Positions 53,201 through 64,000 of a stretch of DNA of 64,000 nucleotides are shown here, in pieces. The position numbers and the translations under genes are program-made. The notes under the pieces are model-generated. The model saw only the letters and a list, made by a program, of their open reading frames with translations, made no database searches and had not been told where the DNA came from. Position 1 is the stretch's first letter, and each line of letters starts with the position of its first letter. Source of the stretch: Octopus vulgaris. Lineage: Eukaryota. The DNA is taken from contig OX597826.1 of NCBI GenBank assembly GCA_951406725.2, forward strand, positions 21,390,001 to 21,454,000. Reading direction: 5' to 3'.

Positions 53201-56086
53201 CTTGTGTTCCTTCATGCCTTACAGCATGTAAGAGATGCCACATTAAATGTAGAACCATTTTATTTTGAAATTTGAAGATTTGATGAAGTTAAAAAAATAA
53301 TTGAGAAGGAAATCATAGAAATTGCCTTTGATAAGTGACAAAGTATGGGGCTTGTGAGGTCACATTGAGCAGCCACTCTATGTTTGTTTACTGCTGTTAA
53401 AGAGTGTGTTACATTATAGAACGGGGTTGGCCTATTTGGTTACCACCCAGGGCAAATGAAACTCACACTTTGCTACTGCATCAGTTTTTGATATGTAAAC
53501 AAAACTCTTCAATGGATGAGTGAGTGTTTGAGAGGAAAGAGAAGATAAGTGCATAATAACACAACATGATGAGATGAAGATTGTGGGAAAGACTGACACA
53601 GATGATGACCAAAAGAGGTGAGAAACAGAAATGTTATGTTTGATGTTTTGTTTGATAATATCGTTGCAGGGTTAACTGCAATAATTAACAGGGTTAACTG
53701 TGTTTTATAGTTGTTCATTGGTTGACTGCAATGTTTGATTTTTGTGTAGATATTCCTTGACGTTTGAAAATATTCTTTAAAGAAAGAAAAATGGGAAAAA
53801 TTTAGAATACCAGAATCAAAGAAGCAGCATTTACCATTAGTTCATGGAGAAAATTATTGACAACCAAAACTAAAACCTTTTGAAGTGCTAAATAGAAGAA
53901 CTGATTCCTAAAATTTGTGAAATATTTCCAAATGTTTGTTGGTTCAGCTTTAATAGCATTTTTTCAACAGAAAAATCTTTTAGCAAACTCAAACCTACTA
54001 AAAGCTATTTTAAGATCTTCTACAGCCCAACGTTTGGATTTAGCAAGACTGAGGATTGAGTGAAACCTTATAAGGGAAGCATTTCTAGAATGTTATTAGA
54101 AATTTTGCAGATTAAGAAAACGAGAAAATCCTATTTTATTAGCTGATTAGGATTATCATTGTTTTGCATAAAGTATATTTTGCTCTGGTCATTCAAGTAC
54201 ACTGTGGATACAAGCTTTACAAAAGTTGACCAGTAGTCATTGTTAGATAGCCTGGGATTAACCATTATCTGGAATTATTCTTTCATAATCCTACACCAAA
54301 AACTGTCTTCTTTGTTCACATTTTATCATAACCTTATTTCTTTAAAAAGATGAAAAAGCCAAAACTTAAAAATTTCCTTTTATACCATTTTTATTAAAAA
54401 AAAGAATATAGAGAAAAACTTCTGGAGGATTTGAAGTTCATTTGGCTGACCAGATTTTTTCAACCAACTGAGAAGAATCTCTTGATGACATTTTGGCAGA
54501 AAAAAATAAAACAAAACAAGAACAACTATTTCAATGATAATCCTATTCCTGATATTCTGTATTTCTGGTTTGGATTATCTTTATCTGACCAGATTTTATT
54601 TGTTTTCCTTATTTTGACAATATTGAAATTAAAATTAAATTCATCTTCTAAATTGTCTTGGATGGAAGAGTTCATCTGTCACCTTGTTTAACCCGAAACC
54701 TAACTCTCCATGTCTTTAGTTATGACCATTCTGTTACTCAAGTATTTCAGCCAAGCCTTCAGTTTGAAGATCAATTCTTTTCTGTTTCATTCCTCAGTCT
54801 CAGAGACACTTTAGAATGGTCATTAACCCATTAACGAAAATTAATTTGCAAACAATAGACATGTTGAGCACTAGAGGTGAAAGACTTGTTCAACAAGCAG
54901 ATTCCAGCTTAAATATACTTTTAAGGAAGTTATAAGGAGATGGGCTCATCCCATTCAGCTTTTGAAGTCTTCTATTCCATTCAATGAAATCATTTTAATT
55001 TGAAACTCCTGAGATTTCATTCCATAATTAGTAACATGAGTAAATACTTCTGTAAAGAGAAATGGTGAGTTAGTAGAGCAACCAATGAAAAAAATTGTGA
55101 TATTTGTTCCATTTCACAACTTTCTGGGTTCTAACCCCATCAAAATCAACTTTGCTTTCCATACTTTTGGGGTCAATAAGTACCAGTCAAGGTAGCTATT
55201 ATTTCAAGCAAATTGCAGGACTACATAGAGACCCGGTCTTTATGGAGTTCAATATAATTGTTATTTAGTGTTATATACAGCAGGAATATGTTGTTAGTTT
55301 TATGTTTGGTTTCCAAGTTGATATTAAGAAGAAAAAAAACTGAAATCTGTTATTACAGCAGTTGTTAATTTTATTGCAGTGATTTCTGACAGCAATTAGA
55401 ACATCGTTGTAGAAGGTCAAATGTTCTTTCTGCCTGAGTAGGGGAATGTCATCTGCGAAATTACGTCAGGGCAATGTATGAAAGATATCACATTTGTTGG
55501 CTGGGCAGAAAGCATTTGTTTTATTTTGGTCGACCTTAGTAAGTCATTTACAACAGTCTGTAAATGATTCATGAACTATTTTCACCTGTCTTTTCAACTC
55601 AAATGTTTTCAATTTAAAAGCCAACTTACAATACAGTGACATTCAAAAGTTATTTGGACGTCTTCACAATTGGCTGTGAGTTGGTTTGCATTTTCTGAAC
55701 TTGTCAGCAGACTTTGTTGTCTTAATCCTCATTCACCTACATACATATTACATTGCATCAGCACACTTCAGAAGGCAGCTTCTTTTTTTTTTTTCTTCCC
55801 TTAATAATAAAACACCTCTTAGTCTCCTGACATACAATAACCACCACACATGACAGAAGCCTGTGTGTGGTGTCTTCTCCCTCAAACATGGAAGTTTATC
55901 AAATAGAATCAAATAGCTTTGAAAACAGCTTCAGAGAAAAGTTGTTTTATCTAAATTTATTGCAGAAAAGAAGCAAATTAGGAATTAATTAAGTTGGTTG
56001 TTGTTGTACAGTTCACTTCTCATTATTATAATTGCCCTGTGTTAGGGAGGAAGGAAAATTACAAATTAAAAAGAATTGTGAGGGCA

Positions 56087-56238
56087 TGCATGCACCAATG
56101 CATGTGCCACTGAATGCGCCACTGAATGTGTCACTGCATGAACCACTGCATGTGCCACTGCATGCACCACTGCATGTGCCACTGCATATGCCACTGTGTG
56201 CACCACTGCATGTGCTACTATGTGCACCACTGCATGCA
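56087..56238. repeat. 12-bp minisatellite, about 12 units
   Basis: Unit TGCATGYRCCAC. Confidence 0.95.
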
Positions 56239-57558
56239 TCATTATAACATGTTGCTGCTTCTCGCCGTTTGTGGGTATTTTTCTGGGTCCTCTTGGTTGA
56301 CCTGTCAAGTAGAGTCCCAATCAGTCCCATCTCTGTAAGATACTCATCTGCTGTGACCATGCACCATGTGGTCAGCCAACATGGGCTATCAACCCAGCTG
56401 GATCCTCAGTGAAGAGAATATGGTGAGCAGTTTGGTCATGTTGCTTACCATAAATCTAAGTTGATTAAAAATCAATCAATGTTCTAATGAATTGACTATC
56501 ATACAGTACATATCCCATCACCAATACTGATCTGTGTTTCTGCTTGAAACCCAACACTCAATGACTCAGTCCTTAACTGGAAATAGGTCTCATGAGGAAG
56601 TTCAGCTTACAGCAAGTGGAGTGAAGGTATGTCAAATATTAATGAACCAATAAATAATTTCTGCTTTTGATGGGATTAATGATTTTTAATTAATAACATT
56701 GACTAATGACAACAGATGTTTTCATTGTTATTGCAACGACCATATGTAGGTTTCACCATTGATTTGCTAAAATATTTATCTCCAATTTACAACAACATAC
56801 AGCATACATCCCTCCTCCCTCTCTGTCTCTCCAAACCATAAATACTCAAGAAAATACATCATGATTAATCTTAGCAAAGTATTTTGCACCAAAAGTGCTC
56901 AACAAATGCTCACATGAATTATGAATTACGTGAAAGAGTAAAGATTTAGTGTAATTTTCTGGTGTGGGTGATGTTATTGTGAAGTGATTCTTTCACTACA
57001 GAATGTGATGGAAACTGTGTCTTTCACCAGGCACAGCTATAAATAGCAGATTCCTTGGAAAACAGATGCATAAGACTATCAATGTTGAGAGGTTCGTTAT
57101 AAAATTGCCCGGAACAAACAAATCCTGTGGATGGAGAAAAAAACCACTTCAAAGTCCTGAACATGGAATTAACTTCCTAAGGACATTCACAGACTCAGTA
57201 ACAAGATATATTGTACTCTGTAACCTGTAGGATACATCACAATTAGTCTTGATCTCCAAATCTGAGAACAACACATCATCATCATCATTTAATGTCTGTT
57301 TTCCATGCTTGCATGGGTTGGATGGTTTGACAGGAACTAGCAACCCAGGGAATTGAACCTGGCTCTGTCTGTTTGGCATGATTTCTGTGGCTGAATGGCC
57401 TTCCTAATGCCAACCATTTTACAGTATGTAGTGGATGGTTTTTATGTGACACCAGCAGGGGTCACCAAGTAGCTTGCATATTGAATATAAATACAGCTAC
57501 AGATAAATACAGCTACAGGTATACATACAGGTACATAGCTATATATATATATGTACAT

Positions 57559-57631
<73 letters not shown>

Positions 57632-59315
57632 AGGTTAAATGTATTATTCCCTCAATTTAAGTCAATTAATATATTACCATAATTATTCTAATGCTTCCTG
57701 GCCCCTACACCCACACTTTACGTCCTAAACTATCAACTCTTGTGTCTTTGATTCCTCACAGATTCTTAATGGTTGGCAGCATCTAATACCATGTTACATT
57801 TGCATTTTATATTATTCCACTTCAGCAAAAACAATTTCTTTTTGAAACTGAAACCTCCAAACTCCTTGATTCTATTAATATCTCAGTCCATGCTAGCATT
57901 TGGCACTTGTTCTGCAGCAATTCTTCTTATATTCGGTTCACTAAGAACAGAATCAGAATCTTGAGATGAAAGATCACTGTACAAGCAAAACATTTGTGCA
58001 GATATTAACATGAAATGCTCATTCCAAGAAACAACTTACAGAATTTCGGTCTACATTGGCTGCTTTACCAAAATATTCTTTACAAGGAAATCTCTTGTTA
58101 TCAGGCTTTTACTTGTTTTTTTTTTTCTTTTACTTGTTCTGCATGAAAAGATTTTCTAGGAGTAACTGCTCACCATCATATTATGAAACCATATGTAAAC
58201 TAACTTCTATCAGGATATTAACTCTCTCTCTCTCTCTCTTTCTTTCTCTAAGTACATATTAATTACTACATGGAGGTTGATTCTGTAGTCAACCTCATAA
58301 CTCTCGTTTATTTTATGATTAATGAACAAGACTCTAATTGGCAGACATGACTAATATTTAACATGGTTACTGGGCTTCATGTGGCAGAAGTTGTCCATCA
58401 ACCTATGTCACTGTGACTGATGTCAGGATGACTGATGCCTGAGTGGCTTTTGATTGATCACTCACTCACTCATGGTCATTCATTAAGCCATGTGCCAGCC
58501 ATTAACTGGTTTGTTCAAATGTATGAATATGTGTTTATGTCGCCATGACTTAGCAGTTTGACAAAAGAGACTAATAGAATAAGTATCAGACTTAGAAAAG
58601 AAGTACTGGTGCTGATTCATTTGACCCCAAATTCTTCAATGGGGTGCTCCAGTATGGCAACAGCTTAACAACTGAAACACTTTAGAGATAAAAGATGAAA
58701 AAGGAAGATATTCTCTGAACAAATGGAGTTGGTCTTTCACAACTGATTCCATCCTGCATTGATTGAATTAATTAGATTAATTCTAATCAAGTGTAAAAGT
58801 GCAATTGTGGCTGTGAAGTTGAGAAGCTTCTTTTATAACCATGTGGTCACAGGTTCAATCCCACTGCATACCTAACTCCTCACTCATTACTCATTCCTCT
58901 CCTTTCATTCATTATTCACACACAGTTCTCTCTCTCTCACTTGTATTACTCCGTCTATTTACTTGTCCCTTCTCGCTCACCCGTCCCTCCCACCATGCCA
59001 CTCATGCTATATGTCTAATCAACCCCCTTACCAGCAAATAACATGCAGCTGCCATCAATGTCTCTCTTCTGCTACTTCCTTCTTCACTACCATCTCATCC
59101 CTGTCACTCTGTTTCTCACACCATACTCTTTCTTCTTTCACCCTCTCACCCTGGCTTTCCTTCAGTCACCAACCACTCTTCTTTTTACATTCTTCATTAT
59201 GTTGTGTTGAACAAAGACAGTATGGAGAAGTGATGTCTGTTTAGTCTTCTAGAAGACAAAGAAACCTCACTAGTGCTGGTGCCATGATGAAACATACCCA
59301 GAAAATTCCAACAAG

Positions 59316-59610
59316 GGAAGGTGTTTATAAGCCTTTTAAAACACACAAAAACTGTTAGATTCACTTCAACATTTAAATTTAATTTGCTAAAATATTTTTG
59401 TTGCTTTGAGACCGCACCCCATGCACAGACTGAACAGGTTGTGGTCTCAAAGCGACGAAAATATTTTGGCAAATTAAATTTAAATGTTGAAGTGAATCTA
59501 ACAGTTATTGTGTGTTTCTTAAATGGCTTATAAACACCTTCCACACTGCAATTGTTTTTGTTCCAGCACACGATCTCAGATCAGGTTACTTGCTATGCAA
59601 GTACATCTCC
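59316..59610 (+). mobile_element. second copy of the 13510 family with ~100 bp inverted arms
   Basis: 59316-59416 is the reverse complement of 59440-59542. Shares GAAAATATTTTG.CAAATTAAATTTAAATGTTGAAGTGAATCTAACAG with 13589-13636. Confidence 0.7.
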
Positions 59611-60116
59611 AGTAAGGGAGTTGGTGAATAAAGAGAAACAAAGAAAGTTTGAAAGGACTCTTTGAAAGCACACCATATCTAGAGCTAATGCTATGTAAAA
59701 ATGCACTTAATACATCCTGTGAAGTGGTTGGTGCTGGGAAGGACATCTAGCAGTAAAAACCGAAAATGAAATGTTTGAGTGAGACATTGTCTTTGATGTA
59801 TCTGAGAGGACAGCAACTCCACAGAAAAACTGACACAGACTGTTGTGATAATCCATCCAACCTGTGTTAGGACAAAAACACTACACATAGAATGGTGATG
59901 GTGAGGATGTGTGTGTTGGTAAAGGGGTTTACAAATGAAGAAAAAGTACTCATTATATGCACACATAATACATGCCCTAACACACATTTATATATGTATG
60001 TTGTAAAAAGCATTTAATACATACATACACACACACATATATACATTTATATATGTTATTTATGTATGTGTGTATATGTACATATATATACATATATGTA
60101 TATGTATGTGTGTATG

Positions 60117-60206
<90 letters not shown>

Positions 60207-60936
60207 TACATACACAATGATCATTGTCAATAATGATACTGACAATGATGATGATGATGATGATGATGATATATATATGCCTGTATAAGGAAATATGTGA
60301 ATTAATTAAATATTGCCGGAAATTTCTTTGTGTGTGAGTTAAATAGAAATAGTTTGAACAGTTTCATTTGTTATGAAGTTGGTTGTGTTGTAGAGTAATT
60401 ATAAATGACGACCCAACTTGTATTAGTTTGACTTTTTTGACGGTTGTACATGTTTGGTGTAGAAGGCGGAGGAGGAGGAGGAGGGTCTGCTAGAGACTAT
60501 GAGAATGGCAATTTTGCTATTATCAACTGTTTTCACCTCCACTATCATCGTAAACGACATATACAATAGCTGCTGTCAGTTATTTGATTTTTCTTTATTT
60601 TTTTTATTATTGCAGTTGAAAATGAATATAGATTATAGAATCTGATGAAATAACAGAAACACACTTCAGAAAAAAACTGAGCAAAAGCTGGACCAGAACT
60701 TCATTTTTAATTTATATCTAAAATTGACAAATTCTGGTTTGCAGCAGAGACAACGAAAAAAGAAATTTGGTTCTCATCTAAATATTATTATATTTTGTTT
60801 TTGTTTAAAAACATTGTTTCTTCTTCTTGTTCTTCTTCTCACACACCAACTTTTAATTGTCTGACAGGCGCTTCTGTCAGGACTGGTGTTGAATCTAGAA
60901 GACACCTTTCAAGTTGATTGGATTCACTGCTCCAGC

Positions 60937-61002
60937 ATGAAGGTTCATAGTTTGTTCTGTCTGCTGCTGTTCATAGGATGCATAGTTGCAGAAATTATTC
61001 AG
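60937..61002 (+). CDS. probable first coding exon of a secreted or membrane protein (signal peptide); remainder beyond the window
   Basis: AGCATGA start, MKVHSLFCLLLFIGCIVAEIIQ (basic n-region, hydrophobic h-region, I-V-A cleavage-like site), then CAG|GTATGT donor. Acceptor candidates at 60615 and 60867. Confidence 0.55.
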
Positions 61003-61088
61003 GTATGTTCTACAAAAAACTTTTACTTCTTTCTTTTTCCTTTTGGCGAACTTTTTTTTATTTTATTTCTTTCAAAACTTTTAATTAA

Positions 61089-61121
<33 letters not shown>

Positions 61122-62441
61122 TTCTCTTTCTCTCTCCAATTCCTTTCTTTAAGTTTTCTTGAAAGTCCGAGTAGGGGTTATATATCTGATGGCTCTGCCA
61201 TTAATAGGAAGAATACCCACCTTTGATAATCTCTAACAGACAAATCAAAATTTTAATAACTTTATTTCAAATATAAAGAAAGAAAAATAACTTAGGATTA
61301 ATTTTTATAAGTTTTTTTTTTGTGTTTTTAGTGAACTTTGTGTTTTAAAGCAAAAAAAAAGAAAATTAATTTCAAGTTTTGTGGCTTTCCCAACTTTTCA
61401 CTGTTTCTCCCAATGAAATTGTGTGATGCAGGAGAGGTACAACCTTGGGATAAACACCATCTCTTCATATTTTGAGTTCAAACCCCACCAAGGTTTACTT
61501 AACCTTTGTTTCTTCAGGAATGACAGAATGCATCCCAAACACCTATTGAAGGTCCAATGAATAGATTGTATTATATGTCTATCATTGTGTGGCCTTGTGG
61601 TGATCTTTTTAACCAATACAATCCAGATAGTTTGAATATTTAATACAGATAGTGGAACATATGTGCCATTTATTGAATATGTTAAATTTCAACTGTCACA
61701 GTTGAAATTCCCTCAGTCTCTTACCATAATTTTACTGATTAATTCTTGAAGGAAATATCTTTGGAATAAGACCAAAATAATACACCAAAATAATTTTTGG
61801 TGTACCTTTATTTTGTTATATCTAAGAAATGCACTCAGAATTAATTCCTTAATGAAAATACTGCACATTCTGTCTAAGGGAATGTCCAAGGCAGACTTAA
61901 CCAAGAAAATAACTCAACTCAATGGTTTATGAGTGTTGTAAAAGTGACAGTGGCAAAAGAATAGCATCATCTTCATCTGACAATATTGGTGGAATTGAAT
62001 TAGCAGAATGAGGATCAGACTGAAACCTTAGGCAGGATTTGGCAACTGCTTTTTATGTTCTGATTTGAAATCTCATCAGGATCAGCTTTGTCCTTTCCCC
62101 TTTCAGGGTCAACAAAAAAACCCCCAGTCAAGTCCTGAAGTTAATGCAATGAACTAGAATCACTTTTATCCTTCTCACCATGGAACAGTATTAGTAATTA
62201 GTATTCAAGACTGTACAAACACACACACACGTATATATGTATGCCATCATCATTATCATCATCATCATTTAATGTTCGTTTTCCATGCTAGCATGGGTTG
62301 GACTTTTTGACCAGGGTCTGGGAAGCCAGGAGGCTGCACCAGGCTCCAGTCTATATATATATATAGTATATATATATATAAGTATATATATATATATATA
62401 GGTTTAGTGATGCAAACAGAAAAATAGAACTCAAAACATGA

Positions 62442-62486
<45 letters not shown>

Positions 62487-62487
62487 C

Positions 62488-62538
<51 letters not shown>

Positions 62539-62614
62539 CATACATACATACATATATATATATACAGATATATATATCTATCTATCTATCAATATCAATC
62601 AATCTATCTATCTA

Positions 62615-62673
<59 letters not shown>

Positions 62674-62695
62674 TTATATACATATATACATATAA

Positions 62696-62729
<34 letters not shown>

Positions 62730-62732
<3 letters not shown>

Positions 62733-62906
62733 GGAGTAAACACATAAATGTGAAACAAGGTGGAAAAAAAGAGTACTCAAATACCAGTGGTAGAGTAATA
62801 TGCTTTATTTAAAGCAGCAGAAAATTCCACAAAACCTGTTACTCTGAGTTTCGCGAAACTCAGAGTAACAGGTTTTGTAGAATTTTCTGCTGCTTTAAAT
62901 AAAGTA
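62730..62906. mobile_element. (TA)n-associated fold-back element containing a 102-bp loopless palindrome
   Basis: 62803-62904 is self-complementary around TTCGCGAA with one mismatch. A related fragment lies at 34197-34256. Confidence 0.8.
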
Positions 62907-64000
62907 TCATCATCATCATCATCATCATCGTTTAACGTCCGTTTTCCGCGCTAGCACGGGTTGGACGGTTCGATCGGGGTCTGGGAAGCCAGGGGCCGCT
63001 CCAGGCTCCAGTCTGATCTGGCAGAGTTTCTACGGCTGGATGCCCTTCCTAACGCCAACCACTCCGTGACTGGAGTGGGTGCTTTTACGTGCCACCTGCA
63101 CAGGGGCCGGGGGGTCCGGCATCGGTCACGATCGGTTCGAGCTTTTAACGTGCCAGCGGCACGGGGGCAACGGGATCCGGGGTACTTTGGGGATCCGGGG
63201 TACTTTGAATGGGTAGAGGGTATGTGGAATTGCTGCAGAAAGCAGCCCGGGTCTTTGCAGTCACAGCATATCTCCAGAGATCTCGGTCCTTCGCCATTGC
63301 CTCAGTGAGGCCCAATGCTCTGAGGTCATGCTTGACTACTTCATCCCATGTCTTCCTGGGTCTACCTCTCCCCCTGATACCTTCAACTGTTTGGGAGTGG
63401 CACTTCTTCACACATCTCTCTTCATCCATCCGCAGCACATGACCATACCATCGCAAGCGTCGCTCTTGCACACCACATCTGATGCTTCTTATATCCAGCA
63501 TTTCTCTCAGGATGCTTACACTCTGTCTTGCGTGCACACTGACACTACACATCCAGCGGATCATGCTAGCTTCATTTCTTTCAAGTCTACGCATGTCCTC
63601 TGCAGTCACAGCCCATGTTTCATTACCGTGAAGCATGGCAGTTCGCACACATGCATCATACAGTCTACCTTTCGCTCTGAGGGAGAGACCTTTTGTTGCC
63701 AGTAGGGGTAGGAGCTTTCTGAACTTTGCCCAGGCTATTCGTATTCTAGTGGTGATACTCTCTGTGCATCCACCTCCGCTACTAACTTGGTCACCCAGGT
63801 AGCGGAAACTATCAACTACTTCTAGTTTCTCTCCCTGGAGTGTGATGGAATCTGTTTTCTGAGTGTCTGTTGTGTCTATTGTCCCTGTGCATCTGCCGCA
63901 CATGAAAGCTATCTTATCTGTTAATTTCCCTTTAATGTTGCCTCACCTCTTATGTGTCCATAGCTTACATTGGGTGCATCTTATGGAGTTTCTACCTGTA
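62907..64000 (-). mobile_element. relatively young RTE-clade LINE, 3' part (continues past the window end)
   Basis: Uninterrupted 252-aa ORF 63145-63903 ([34 protein letters not shown]), CpGs retained, (CAT)n tail. Confidence 0.92.

Noticed and set aside
55520-55562. ILVDLSKSFTTV, resembling the LINE RT motif FVDLSKAFDTV
   Set aside because: Isolated short match; flanking RT motifs are not recognisable.
61685-61709. 12-bp inverted repeat AATTTCAACTGT-C-ACAGTTGAAATT
   Set aside because: Short and AT-rich with no family or context support.
62265-62747. YI/IY-rich ORFs here and at other (TA)n tracts
   Set aside because: Translations of microsatellites, not genes.

Overview
AT-rich, microsatellite- and retroposon-dense animal DNA. 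The repeat families (tRNA-derived SINEs, RTE LINE tails ending in (CAT)n, TTAGGG tracts) look like a coleoid cephalopod, probably Octopus; this is inference. One complete gene is clear: a + strand ELOVL1/7-type fatty acid elongase with 7 coding exons (21663-32611, 292 aa, HVFHH box, C-terminal KKSK), a probable NRF1/CCAAT promoter and non-coding first exon near 15.5 kb, and a long 3' UTR. A probable signal-peptide exon of a second gene lies at 60937-61002. The rest is decayed TEs (RTE, CR1-like APE, REL-endonuclease LINEs in (AAT)n, Tx1/L1-like, mariner, SINEs, MITEs). Most notable: five apparently unrelated short repeat families, mostly next to (TA)n and mostly with fold-back ends, each carry a minimal type I hammerhead-ribozyme-like motif, consistent with Penelope-like/retrozyme elements. 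They include a G3-C8 core-swapped variant and a 475-bp tandem unit. A 794-bp palindromic transposon with telomeric repeats in both arms is nested in one of them. All folds were read by eye, not computed.
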